NCBI GenBank assembly: GCA_012295275.1
Contig: CM022678.1
Span: 1,426,001-1,490,000, forward strand
Length of the DNA stretch: 64,000 nucleotides
Source: Chrysomallon squamiferum
Lineage: Eukaryota > Animalia > Mollusca
Direction: 5' to 3'
The notes below the pieces were generated by a model. It saw nothing but the letters and a program-made list of their open reading frames with translations. It did no database searches and was not told the origin of the DNA. Shown one piece after another: positions 40,132-55,342 of this stretch (the stretch's first letter is position 1; the number at the start of each line of letters is the position of its first letter). A program made the position numbers and the translations under genes.

Positions 40132-41479
40132 GACATGACATATTTTGTTTAAAACAAGAAGAGTGAGATACAATCAAACACCTAACAAGGAGAGAATATC
40201 AAATATCTAGATTATTACTCTGTGCACTTTACACACACAAAGTTTACAACAACCCAGAAATTACCACACAAACCACAAAATATCAGACAAAATAACAACA
40301 CTGTATATTTCTATATACAAATAATTATTTACCAAAAGTTAATAAATTAACGTTATAGTGAATTATGTAACAAAAATTTATAAAATGTTACTTTTAATTA
40401 TTTATTAACAGTTCATGCACTGATGCAATGGATTATGTATTATTATTTATTTACTTTATTTTATTCATTCATTCATTTATTTATTTATTTATTTATTTAT
40501 TTATTCATTTATTTATTTTTATTTAAGGTTAATAAATATTTATAACAAATTATTTGTTAACATCTGAGGTTAGAATAAGTTCTAGATCTTAGGTGAAACC
40601 TTGGTTCAAACATTGGTCATGTCTCAGGCTACTTTGATGTGTTTGTTCACATTTTCTTATTAAAGACAGATATATGAATCAATCACACACACACACACAC
40701 ACACACCTACAAATATATGAAATATATATATATATATATATATATGCACAAATACATGTGTATATATATATGCATATGTACAAATATATATACTCACATA
40801 TAAAAACATACATACAAAAACATGTACATACACATTATACAAACATGCACAATGACATATATGTATTATATATATGTATGTATGTATGAATGAATGCATG
40901 CATGAGTAATACATAAACTTCTGTGCATATATCTGTATGTATGTATGCATGTCTGTTTGTTTGTTAATATTCCAGTGTCTATACATGAATAACACTATTT
41001 TTCTTTGTGTGTACCTGTATATGTCTGAGTTAATTTATGTAGACATGAATAAGAAAACACACAACTATATTCAGTGCTAGCAAATACACTTTTCATCCAC
41101 ACAACAAAAATAAGTAAAAAGTACAACTTCAGGTGAAAAAATAACTTACCTGTAATGACCTACATATACGATTAATTAACCTTAATTAGCAACAAACGTA
41201 CAGAAAACCTTGACTTACCTGTAGAATCAGCCGAGAGTTATAACAGGTTTCCACAGGTGGAAATACAAAAGGTAAAGGTAAAAAAAAAAAAAAAAATGAC
41301 ATTTACAAAGAACAAGTCTATAATACTTTGGCTAATACCGTTATATAAACACATAATGAAAGAAAAAAAAAAACATACTCTTTTCATTACATGTCATTTA
41401 TCAAAGACAGAATGTCGTTTTCTTTATTTATTTACATAACTGTTAACTTACTGTGGTATGTATTTTCATGGTCTTGTTG

Positions 41480-41514
<35 letters not shown>

Positions 41515-43044
41515 TACTATTATTACTGTTATTATTACTATAATTACTGTTATATATTATTATCATTGTTATTACTTTATTATTATTATTATTATTTAAT
41601 ATTATTATTACTGTTATTATTATTAATATTATTATTATTATTATTATTATCACTATTATTATTACTATAATTACTGTTATTATTATTACTGTTGTTATTA
41701 TTACTATTGTTATTACTGTTACTATTATTATTACTATTATTATTATGATTAATATTATTATTACTGTTATTATTATTATTACTATTAATTATTATTATTA
41801 ATCTTATTATTATTATTTAGTTTATCAAATGTTGATGAGATAATAATCAATAAAGATATAAATATATTTTTAAAAATCCACCAAATTACACATTAAAATA
41901 ATAATCACGTGCACACACACACACACATATATATATATCTACATATATACTCATACATACATACATACATACATCCACACATTTCAGTATAATAACCACC
42001 TATCTATAACAACCACTTCTGCCTGGTTTCTTAAGTGGCCATAATAGACAGGATTAGCTTTATATGTACAACAGAAAAATAAAACAAAATCATAAAAATA
42101 ATATAACTTGACTCTTGTTTGGCTTTGATATAAAAAGTTAGTGTATGTCAGAAAAGTGTTTTAACAACTACTACAACATCCTATGGCTTCACTTCATTCT
42201 TGTTATAAGTACATCCTGGTGTTTTATTTATACTTAGGTTTTATGTTGAGTCTCTCAGTACACTCAAAGAAGAACTAAACAAGATCAAAGATTACACACA
42301 CACACACAAAAATGATTTGTTACCAGTGTCAAGCTTCATTGAACACAGTAGTATGTATGTATGTATGTATATATATATAAATATATTAATGTTCAGGCAT
42401 TGAAAATATAGTTTAAAATAGTCTCATTTTGTTGTACTTTTGAAAGGTATAGATATAAATAAATAAATAAATCTCATCATATAGATATGTAAGAAAATAA
42501 GTAGCATGAATAAATGTGACCATGTATGCATTTCTGTATCTAAGTACATGCATGCATATATACATATCTACATTATATACATACCTACATACATACATGT
42601 AATAAATATGGGTGCATGTGTATTTGTAAATATTAATTAACAGATAAATTCATGTAGACATACATCAATCATAAAGCACACAAACACACAACACAGAGAC
42701 ACACATATGTACAAAATATATATGTATTTCTTTATTTACTTATGTAGACTGAACTCCATTTTCTCAAATGTCACATTGTTTCAGGTCTTTCTGATGTTTG
42801 AAATAATGTCATGTATTTAAATGTAGACCTACTAATGTATTGAGTAAACTTGAATATGTTCACCTTGTATATATGTATGTGTGTATGTTATTCTCTCTCT
42901 CTCCATTGTATATATATATATATATATTTATTTACTGAACATAGTGGCAAGAAAGGATGGCTAGATAAATTTCTGTATATTTGGTTGTTACATTACATGT
43001 TATTTTCATACATAAATACATATATGAGTAAGCATGCATATAGG

Positions 43045-43075
<31 letters not shown>

Positions 43076-43305
43076 CATGTGTTTAATTTATTTCAGTTTT
43101 TGTTTCGAAGACAAGAGAAGGAAAAGGAGAAGAAGAGTGATTTCCCTTTATTAATAATTTTTTGTTTTGACTTAAACAAAATTCACATCAGACTGAACCA
43201 TCAGTCACCCAACTCATTTTATTTTTTTTTTTTTTTTATTTTTTTTTTTTTTTTTGTTTGTTTCACAAGCCTTTAAAACACAAGACACTATCTGTTTTCC
43301 TATTC

Positions 43306-43370
<65 letters not shown>

Positions 43371-44044
43371 CTTTCCATCTCACCCATTCTGAGTTACACC
43401 ATCTCAAATTTGATGATGCAAATACAACAAAAGACTGAGTCAACAGGCTACACACTCGTATTTCTGTGAAAATTGTTATAACTATTTTAATAAACCAGAA
43501 TGCATTTTTGAATAAATTTATTAAGTAAAATAAAATCATTGAACATAATTTGGGGATACAAATAATGAATGACTAAATAAATGATTAAACACTTTAGTAG
43601 TTATGTTTTGGGGTTTTTCACAAACATTTCACAAAAAAAGAATTTGTCCCATAACTAGTTCACAAATGTCTGTGGTCAGTGTTTATATAAATATATAGAA
43701 TTATATTAATCCTAATCCACAGATTTAGCTGTTTGACTTGATCACCAAACAACAACAACAAAATGATAATTTTGATGATGATAACAATTACAATGATAAC
43801 AAAAATATTAATAATGATGACAAAAATATTAATAATAGTGATGATGATAAAAATAATAATAATAATGATAACTGTAGTAATAAAAATAATAATAATAAAA
43901 AAAAATAATAATAATAATAAAAAAAATGTTAAAAATGAAACTTTGATCATTTTTCAAATTAATTTTTTTTAAATAATTTTAATCAGAACAATGATTTGAA
44001 ATGAAAGATTACAGAGTTCTCCATTGAAAAAAAGCTCTTAAAAT

Positions 44045-44077
<33 letters not shown>

Positions 44078-45074
44078 AGGTTGCTCTGTATGACTTTGGA
44101 TTGGGAAATAAAAAAAAAAAAAACATGTAAATAGAGAGACATATATTACTATTTTATTTTAATTTTAAAATTAAACATGGGTTTGAAACGGGAAATAAGA
44201 TAAACAGTCTGGAATGGAACAATCAAAGATAAACTGCTATAAATTTAAAAATTTATATCATTTTATAAACACTTTTCAACTGGAAAATAATAATACTTTA
44301 TATTTATATTTCAAATTTAATGAATATATTAATTTAAATTTTATCTGTTTTCATAAAGACCAGTTTGGAAACAATGAAATAATAACTCTGCAATCAAAGC
44401 CAAAAAAAAAAAATAAAAAAAAGCATTAATTTAAACCTTTTATGGATTTTTATAAACACTGATTTGGAACTGGAAAACAATACCTCAAAACTGAAGAATG
44501 CATTAATTAAAAAAAAAAAACATAAACAGCATTTATACAACACAGAGAACTCCCCCAACCTCCCCCACTCCCCCCAAAAAACAACATAATCATCCATTTT
44601 GATTAAAGAATCGTATTTCACCATTTAACGAACAATTCTAATTAGCATATTTTATCAATGGCTATTGTGTCTATTAAATGAACTGGTGTATAAATCAGTG
44701 GTGTTTGATTCGACCCAGGCAGGTATAAACTGTGTATAAAAAACTAGTTATGTAGATACGACACACAATACAGTACAATGACTAAACACAATCGTTGCTT
44801 ACAATGGTGTGTTCATTACAGTGTGAAAATATTTTCTGTATTGAATTCTGTTATTTGTTATTTGATAGTGTAGTGGTTGGCTTAAAAAAAGTATTTATAT
44901 ATATATATATGAAAAAATCAAAAGAATGAAAGAAATGAATGAGTAATGCTTTATTTTTTATTTTTGTTTGTTGCTAGGCATGTGAATTATTTTGTGGAAT
45001 TAATTAGGTTATATAACAATGATGTCAATAAATAAATAAATAAATAAGTAAGTAAGTTAATTAATTAATTATAA

Positions 45075-45112
<38 letters not shown>

Positions 45113-45134
45113 GTAATAATAACAGTAATAATAA

Positions 45135-45242
<108 letters not shown>

Positions 45243-45445
45243 TAACAGTAATAATAATAATAACAATAATAACTGGAAATAATAATAATAACAATAATAA
45301 TAATAATAATAAACAAATAAACAAACAAACAAACAAACAAACAAACAAAACCTCACCATTCATGACTTTTTCTTTTTTCTTCTGTGAGAGTTTTTCAATC
45401 TCAGCCTCGTCGATGAAGCCCGGCAGGGGAAACAGAACTCCTCAC

Positions 45446-45570
45446 CATTCATGACTTTTTCTTTTTTTCTTCTGTGAGAGTTTTTCAATCTCAGCCTCGT
45501 CGATGAAGACGTCTGTGACGTCTGTGCTCGTCGAGGTTTCATCTTCTGCTGCTGTCGAAAAGCTGCTCAT
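45446..45570 (-). CDS. Probable first coding exon of the long CCP2/3-like isoform (MSSFSTAAEDETSTSTDVTDVFIDEAEIEKLSQKKK...)
   Basis: ATG at 45570 in a CpG-rich stretch with a GTGAG donor at 45445. The exon 3' end is duplicated at 45357-45418. That copy has one fewer A and reads KKKEKVMN-G|GTGAG, a phase-1 end matching the phase-1 acceptor at 34175. The link to the CCP gene is inferred from phase compatibility. Confidence 0.6.
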
Positions 45571-45991
45571 GTTGCCGAAAATCTCTGACCTTTGACCTCT
45601 CCGACATGAATTGGAGTTTATGTACCACATCAAAACGCCATCTTCACAGTTATTGAATTTAACTGCATTGATTAGTGGTTTATTTTTTTTTTTAATTTTT
45701 TTAATTTTAAACTGTTGTGATAACACAAAGTTTAAACTTCCATTTTTTTCAAGTTAAAAAACTCAAAAATTTATTTATTAAATAATTCCAGATTTTTCCT
45801 GTCAAAGGTTATTACATTTTAATCACCATCCAAGTTATATGAAATGTGAAATATTTTGATTTTTGACCTGAATTTAACAGCATCCAAGATATTTGAGAAA
45901 AAAGTTTATCAGTTTCCTAATATCTAATCATTTTTTTTTTTTTTATTTTTTTTTTTAGGTTGTTACTTAAAATTCATGAAGTGTCTCTCAT

Positions 45992-46185
45992 CCAATCAGA
46001 ATTGAAAATTATTTAATTCTCCAATCAGAAATGTGATTCCTGTTATCCAATGAAAAGGTTGAAGACAAATTTCTCCTTTTCCATCAGATTTGGGATGAGT
46101 TGTCCAATGAAAAACACTGACACAAACAGCAACTCTGGAATCAGTTAAATGATTATCCAATCAGATTTAACAGCTTTCATCCAAT
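45992..46185. promoter_or_regulatory. Array of six CCAAT boxes (candidate NF-Y promoter)
   Basis: CCAAT at 45992, 46021, 46047, 46104, 46157 and 46181, all in the same orientation with TCCAAT(CAG/GAA) context, 0.4-0.6 kb upstream of the ATG at 45570. Confidence 0.55.
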
Positions 46186-47265
46186 GAAATGTGTTGTTAT
46201 AAATATTCACAGAAATCTTCCAAAAATAAAAGAATTCTGTATCCAAAGAATTCAATTTGTGAAAATTTTAAATGAAAATATATCGCAGAAACATTAATGT
46301 AGTTCAAAAATTCTGATGAATAATTTATTAAAATAAAAATATAAAAATGAATTATCCTTATACCATAACATTTAGTTTTTCTAGTTCAAAAACTTGCCTG
46401 TGTATAATTATCCTGATGAATAATTTATTAAAAAAATAAAAATATAAAAAATGAATTATCCTTATATATATAAAAGATACACTTGTAATAAAAAAAAATC
46501 TACATGTTTATCTTTTAAAAATACAAAAATACTAATATATTGCCTTAGTAAAAAAAATATTTTTTATTGCCTTAGTAAAACATCTTTAAAAATATTGCTT
46601 TTAGCATATTGTCAACAACTGGTCATATATTATATTTTAAAAGTGGCAAAATATTGCCTGATTATTGATTTTAAAATTATGCTATAAACTATCTATTTTT
46701 GATGATATTTTAAGATAATGAAATATTTTCATTTTGAATTACTGAATTATTAAAATTCTTGTCATTTCAAAATCAGTTTCAGATGATTGTAAAATGTCTA
46801 GACAAGAATTTTCCTATAAAATCTTCTAAATCATTTTCTAGAATTAATTAATTTTTATTTATTTATTTATCCTGCTATTTATTTATTGATTTATTTTGAC
46901 TAGAATTTTCATATACCATCTTCAGTCTTATTTTCCAGGTTTTCTAGGTTTTATTATTTCTTGAAATTTTTTTGTGAACATTTTCAGTTTCCTTTCTTCA
47001 TTTGATATTATTTAATCTTCCAGCTGTAGTCATTTAGTGACCCCAAAACCTGAAAGAAAAAAAGAAAAAAAAAATTAATATAATAATAATAATAATAATA
47101 ATAATGATGATGATGATGATAATGATGACGATTATGATGATGATGATAATGATAAAGGTAATAATAATAGCATGAACAATGAATAATGATGGTGATGATG
47201 GTAACAGCAATAACAACAACAATGATGATAATAAAAATAATACCAACATAAAACATTAACAACAT

Positions 47266-47327
<62 letters not shown>

Positions 47328-48240
47328 CTACAATAATTAAAACTTTTTTTTAAAAATTGACAAACAAAAATCAAAGAAGATTTAATGAAAACAATCTCGC
47401 AACACAAACAAATAAAAATAATTTTTAAAAAATACAATAAAACGACAACAACAACAACAAAACAAAAATAGGATTCCAGTTTGAGAAATGTCTGTTACTC
47501 TGCCTCTGTTCACATGAACAGGACATGTCAGCCTGATATTTCCTTACAAACTCTACAAGCTCAGCAGACGGTCAGACAATGCGACAGACAAAGAAAATTA
47601 GCGCCATAAATCAAAACATGTCAATAAAAATGTGCAGCTTACCTGTGACATTCTCGTTATCTTTCTTCCTTTATTGATTTTATTGATTTGCAGGTGAAAA
47701 AAAAAAAAAAAAAAAAAATTTATCAGATAGTAATGATTTGTTGGATCAAGGGACATAAACCCCCAACAATCTGAACTCTTCAACTTGGAAAGGTAAGAAG
47801 ATTTGGCTGAGGATGTTTAAGCAAGTGTTATTGATGTTGTGTAACTGTTAATCTTTTCTACAGTTGTGTGTTAAATTGACTGAGTAAAATCGTGTTAGAG
47901 TACAAGAGTAGATCAAAAGATTTTCTTAAATTTTTAATTTTTTTTAAACATTTTTTAATCATTGGACAATAATTAGTTAAAATGTAAAGCACCTGCTTCA
48001 GGTGCAGTCAGTCTTTGGATCAAATCACGCTGGTGGTTTAAAGCTATTTCCCATTCCAGATACCTGTACCGCAAACACTTTGGATATGAGATGTAATAAT
48101 AATATAATAATAATAATAATAATAATAATAAAATATATTTCCCATTCCAATAATAACAATAATAATAAACAATTTGGATAATAAAATGTAATAATAATAT
48201 AATAATAATAATAATTATAGTAATAACATAAATAATATAA

Positions 48241-48298
<58 letters not shown>

Positions 48299-48924
48299 TA
48301 AATATTTCATATTTTACTGACAAATGACAAAAAGGTAAGTAGTTAAATATTTGCACACACACAGACACACAGACATACAGACAAATGCCTAAACCTGCTT
48401 TAACACCACAGGAAAATAAACACCAACCGAACACTTGCAAACAACCACACTAAGCTTTCAGCTGTTTCAAGTAAGTAATGTGTGTATACAGTGTTTTTAA
48501 AGTGTAACCTTACACCAAGCAGTGTGCTTCTGAAACCACTTGACTTACCGCAAACAACCACACACAACCCGGCTACCTACTAATGGAACACAGATCTGTG
48601 ACTAAACAAAGCAGAAATGTTTTTAATTTTTAACTCTTCTTATTTTTTTTTATTTTTTTTTTTCTTGTTTTTGTGTATGTTTTGTGGCTGACACAGATAA
48701 AATGTATGAAAAGATGACACAGAAAAATTAAAAAGATTTTTTTAAAATGAAGATGTTTACTTAGTAATTTTTATGTGTTTGTGTATGAGTATGTGTATGT
48801 TTTTATGTGTATACAGTATATATCTCTGTATATATGTGCATATTATTCTGCTATTACTATTGCTACTACTACTTCAACAAAAATAAAACAAAATAATAAC
48901 AACAGTAATAACAATAACAATAAC

Positions 48925-48976
<52 letters not shown>

Positions 48977-49083
48977 ATAAATACATAAATAAATAAATTT
49001 TCAATAATAACTGATAGCTGTTGTCACCAAACCATAATGCTTGAAATAAAAAAAAATAAAAAACAAAACAAAAATCAAGAAGT

Positions 49084-49138
<55 letters not shown>

Positions 49139-49142
49139 GTAA

Positions 49143-49174
<32 letters not shown>

Positions 49175-49572
49175 ATTGTATCAGTATGATGGTGGTAGTA
49201 GTAGTAATAGTAGTTGTAGTTGTAGTAGTAGTAGTTAATCGTATCAGTATGATGGTGATGTTAATAACATTAATAATGGTTTATTCAGTAGTAGTAGTAA
49301 CAGCAGCAGCAGTAGTAGTTGTAGTAGTGCTATCAATAGCAGATGCTGTAGTGGTAATAATAATAATAATTACAGAAGTAGTAGTAGCAGTAGTAACACA
49401 ATGGTGGCAATAATAATAATAAAAATAGAAGAAAAATAAAGAAGAAGACAAACAATCTATCTAAAACATATATATTTAAAAAAAATAAAATAAAATAAAA
49501 GAGAAGAAAGAATCAATCTCACTTTTCAGGCAGGTATAATCATTAACGATTTCCTGGTCTTGGTGAATGTCA

Positions 49573-49621
<49 letters not shown>

Positions 49622-50484
49622 TAAAAACGTACCTGTCAGGTATGAATTAGGTTAATCAGAGGTAACAGATGTCTTGTGGTATGTGACCCGCCCCACTGAA
49701 ATCAGCGACAGATCTGCCCTCCCAGTCAGACACTCGCCAAGGGATTAAACATCAACAAACGCCGGAGTCATACTGGTGGAGGGGGCAGAGTCCAGTGGGG
49801 GGAGCAATTACCAGTGGAAGGGGTAACGAAGAGGGGGGAGTAGTTATAAAGAGGCGTTACAGTCAGTGGTGGTTAATTATATAGGGTGGAGGGGTAAAAT
49901 AACTTGTGGGGGAGGTAATGATGATATGGGAGTGGGGGAATGTAATTACAGATGGAAGGGTAATGGTCAGTTAGGGGGGGGATGATGATAAGTGGGGATA
50001 GAACTCCCAAATGGGTGCAGTTTTAGATGGATAATTAATTGTTTTAGTGGGGAAGAAATTATAATGAAAGGTGGGGGTAAAGAAAGACAAGGGGGGGGGA
50101 TGTATGTAGATTAATATTAAAAAATCACAGCAGCCGATTTTGATGGGAGTTGTGATCTGGTGGCTGCTGATGTATCTGGGGTGGGAGTTTAACAGTGGGT
50201 GGGAGTTCAACGGTGGGTGGGATAGAAATATCAATGCTGGTTTTACTGAACTGAAAATATTTGACAGTTTTGATTTATAGCTTTGAAGATATTAGAATAA
50301 ATTGTTGCCTTTTAGTAACGCTGCTGTTGTTGTTGTTCACTCTTGTAGCAGTAATGGATGTTATTGTAGTGGTAACAGTAAGACGCTGTAGTATTATCTG
50401 AACATTTAAAAAAAGATATATATATATATATATATATATAAAAGTATTAACTCCTGTTATTATTATCATTATCATCACCATAGC

Positions 50485-50530
<46 letters not shown>

Positions 50531-50808
50531 GTGGTAGTAGTAGCAGCACTAGTAGTAATAGCAATAGTAGTAGTAGTAGTTGTAGTAGTAGTAGTAAATG
50601 ACTCTTCATTTTTAAAAAGATACCAACAAAAAATATCAATCAAAAATAAACAAAGATTATAACCTTTCATTTTCAACAACTATAACAACAACAACAAAAC
50701 CCAGAAAAAAAACACAACAACATTCATTACAATGTCTCAACACAAACAAATCTTTTCATCCATTTTTTTCCCCCAACACAACCACTTAACATTCTGAGAG
50801 CCATGCTG

Positions 50809-50821
50809 GTTGCTAAGCAAC
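50809..50821. promoter_or_regulatory. X-box-like motif
   Basis: GTTGCTAAGCAAC, a near-palindrome. Confidence 0.35.
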
Positions 50822-51049
50822 AGCAGCCATTATAAACAAGAGAGCATTTGACGGGTTCTGATTAAGAAGCGTTTGAGATGATTAGTGGATGAATACCAGT
50901 CTAAAACCCGCTGAGAAGTGAAGTCATGCAGAAGAGACCTGCGAGATAAAGAAGTGTGACAGATCTGTGACAACAGACAAACAGAACAAGTGACCATGTG
51001 ACAAGATAAAGCCTAATGAGTCACCTTACATCGTGATACAACAATGAAC

Positions 51050-53296
51050 AACTGTGTGTGCGATACAGATAATTATCCATCTACACTGTGTGCGATACAC
51101 ATAATTATCTCTCTACACTATGTGTGATATAGTTTATTATGTAACTGTACTATGTGTGATATAGTTTATTATGTAACTATACTATGTGTGATATAGTTTA
51201 TTATCTAACTGTACTATGTGTGATATAGTTTATTATCTAACTGTACTAAGTGTGATATAGTTTATTATCTAACTGTACTATGTGTGATATAGTTTATTAT
51301 GTAACTGTACTATGTGTGATATAGTTTATGTAACTGTACTATGTGTGATATAGTTTATTATGTAACTGTACTAAGTGTGATACAGTTTATTATCTAACTG
51401 TACTATGTGTGATATAGTTTATTATGTAACTGTACTAAGTGTGATACAGTTTATTATCTAACTGTACTATGTGTGATATAGTTTATTATGTAACTGTACT
51501 ATGTGTGATATAGTTTATTATCTAACTGTACTAAGTGTGATATAGTTTATTATCTAATTACTATTTGTGATATAGTTTATTATCTAACTATACTAAGTGT
51601 GATATAGTTTATTATCAAACTGTACTAAGTGTGATATAGTTTATTATCTAACTGTACTAAGTGTGATATAGTTTATTATCTAACTGTACTAAGTGTGATA
51701 TAGTTTATTACCTAACTACACTAAGTGTGATATAGTTTATTATCTAACTGTACTGTGTGTGATATAGTTTATTATCTAACTGTACTAAGTGTGATATAGT
51801 TTATTATCTAACTGTACTAAGTGTGATATAGTTTATTATGTAACTGTACTATGTGTGATATAGTTTATTATCTAACTACACTAAGTGTGATATAGATTAT
51901 TGTGTAACTACACTATGTGTGATATAGTTTATTATCTAACTACACTAAGTGTGATATAGTTTATTATCTAACTGTACTAAGTGTGATATAGTTTATTATC
52001 TAACTACACTATGTGTGATATAGTTTATTATGTAACTGTACTATGTGTGATATAGTTTATTATGTAACTGTACTATGTGTGATATAGTTTATTATGTAAC
52101 TGTACTATGTGTGATATAGTTTATTATGTAACTGTACTAAGTGTGATATAGTTTATTATCTAACTGTACTATGTGTGATATAGTTTATTATGTAACTGTA
52201 CTATGTGTGATATAGTTTATTATCTAACTGTACTAAGTGTGATATAGTTTATTATCTAATTACTATGTGTGATATAGTTTATTATCTAACAATACTATGT
52301 GTGATATAGTTTATTATCTAACTATACTAAGTGTGATATAGTTTATTATCTAACTGTACTGTGTGTGATATAGTTTATTATCTAACTACACTAAGTGTGA
52401 TATAGTTTATTATCTAACTGTACTGTGTGTGATATAGTTTATTATCTAACTGTACTGTGTGTGATATAGTTTATTATCTAACTGTACTAAGTGTGATATA
52501 GTTTATTATCTAACTACACTAAGTGTGATATAGTTTATTATCTAACTACACTAAGTGTGATATAGTTTATTATCTAACTGTACTATGTGTGATATAGTTT
52601 ATTATCTAACTATACTATGTGTGATATAGTTTATTATGTAACTATACTATGTGTGATATAGTTTATTATCTAATTACTATGTGTGATTTAGTTTATTATC
52701 TAACTGTACTGTGTGATATAGTTTATTATCTAACTGTACTAAGTGTGATATAGTTTATTATCTAACTGTACTATGTGTGATATAGTTTATTATCTAACTG
52801 TACTTTGTGTGATATAGTTTAGTATCTAACTACACTAAGTGTGATATAGTTTATTATGTAACTGTACTAAGTGTGATATAGTTTATTATCTAACTGTACT
52901 ATGTGTGATATAGTTTATTATCTAACTGTACTAAGTGTGATATAGATTATTATGTAACTGTACTAAGTGTGATATAGTTTATTATGTAACTGTACTAAGT
53001 GTGATACAGATTATTATCTAACTGTACTAAGTGTGATGTAGTTTATTATCTAACTGTACTAAGTGTGATATAGTTTATTATGTAACTGTACTAAGTGTGA
53101 TATAGTTTATTATGTAACTGTACTATGTGTGATATAGTTTATTATCTAACTGTACTAAATGTGATATAGTTTATTATCTAACTGTACTAAGTGTGATATA
53201 GTTTATTATCTAACTGTACTAAGTGTGATATAGTTTATTATCTAACTGTACTAAATGTGATATAGTTTGTTATCTAACTGTACTAAATGTGATATG
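51050..53296. repeat. 32-bp satellite, about 70 copies
   Basis: Unit gtgtgatatagtttattat(c/g)taactgtacta(a/t), head-to-tail with no spacers. Confidence 0.97.
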
Positions 53297-55198
53297 GGTT
53301 TTTATTTTGCTATAATGTAATGTGTTATTACCAAATGTGTGTAATATCAATATTCTATAGTATTCACCTGTCATTATGTAAATAATATGGGTATTATGCA
53401 TTAGTAATATATAATGATAAGGGATTATCTGTCATATGTTAGTCTGTATATAAGCTGGGGTGTGTATGACTGTTTGTGTGCTTACTTATATACTTTTTGA
53501 GTAGTTGACGTTTTCAGAAAATATTAGACTATCTCACACACACACACACAGACATGTGCACACACTCACACACACAGATAAACAAATATACACAAACACA
53601 CACAGATACACAAACACCCACTCATATACACACACACAGACACACAGACATACACCTGCATATTACAGATGATTGCAGCCATGTAACCAATACCTGCATA
53701 AACAATTTAATTAAACCAAAATGATAAATCAGTTTAATAAACAGGTGTCAAATGGTTTAATAATGTGACATGCATAGATTTACACCTGTAATTAATAAAA
53801 CCACGTAGTCGTCTACAGGTAAGTGTTTACCTTGACAGGAGAATCTTTTGTCACTTAATACCTGGGTATCCAGGCTCAGTCTGTGTAACTCAAGTGTTAA
53901 AACTGACAAATACTCTTACATTAACCTGTTATCAAAATTTTAAAGGAAATTCAGGTTATTATTTAAAACAGTAGTAGTAGTGGTAGTGGCAGTAACTGTA
54001 TGAGTGGTAGTAGTTGTTACAGGTAGGATTAGTAGTAATAGTAGTAGAAGTAAAAAATGGTAGTTGTAGATGTTGTAGTGGTGGTAGTAATAGAAGAAGA
54101 AGAATAATAACGGTAATATCAGTAACAGTATAACAGTGATGGTATTAATAACAGTAATAAAAGTGTTAATAATAAAAGTAGTAGTAATAGCAGTAATAGT
54201 AATAGTAGCAGTTATAGTAGCAGTTACAGTGGTAGTCAGTGGCAGATCTACTTTTTTGGGGCAGTGAAACTTGAACAGTTATGGTGGCACTTCACAAGTA
54301 GCAACACAGTCTGTGTAACTACTCTTATCTTCCATGACATATTTTAAAAATTCAGACACTTCTAGAATTTTTATTAAAATTTTGTAGAAATGTGGACTAA
54401 AGTGGTGTCTGTATTAGGAAGGGTCCAGAAATTTAAACTTCATTAGTTTCGTACCCTGGAGGTAATAGTAGCAATTGTATTAGTATATATATATATATAT
54501 ATTACTTTCTGAAATATATTACACAGTCATATACTGAAAAATCATTTCTGGAATATACATCTTTTGACTTCTGTCTCACAATTTACTTTCACCAACACAA
54601 ATTAAAAATAGCAAAAATATCACATGCCAACTTATTATTAATACTAACAGAACTTACCTCAGTTTGAAGCAGAATAAAACATTCATCCTTTGAGCTAACT
54701 AGGAATACAAAACATTTATCCTTTCAGTTAACTATAATCCTTGGAAAGAGAATATTCATCCTTTCAGTTAACTGCAATCCTGGGAAAGAAAACATTAATC
54801 CTTTGCATCAGCTGAATAAGAACAGAAAGCAAAAAAAAATCTTTTTTTCCATTAAAAGTATTTATAAACAAAAAAAATTATTACTGTAATAGTAATGGTA
54901 ATTATATATTATTATCACACTAGTACACATAAATAAACACTGTTATCGCACTAGTACTGATAATTAAACACAGTTACCATACTAGTGTCAATAATTAATT
55001 GTCATCTTCCTACTAGAACTGATAATAAGACACTAGTGATAAAAAGTAGTGTGTGTATGAAGCTAACACAAATCTTTCTCTCGTTCTCTGTTGACAGTTT
55101 TGTGTGCTTGCTGTAAAGATCGATCACTTGCAGGTTTTATAGTCCACTGAGCACTGGAGTGTGCGGTTTGACACTTGTACAGTTGTTTATCAGCTACT

Positions 55199-55269
<71 letters not shown>

Positions 55270-55301
55270 TATGGAAAGGATACCAGCTACTAAAAGAAAG
55301 A

Positions 55302-55342
<41 letters not shown>

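Noticed and set aside
51050-53296. CRISPR array
   Set aside because: The 32-bp units are contiguous with no unique spacers, there are no cas genes, and the context is eukaryotic.
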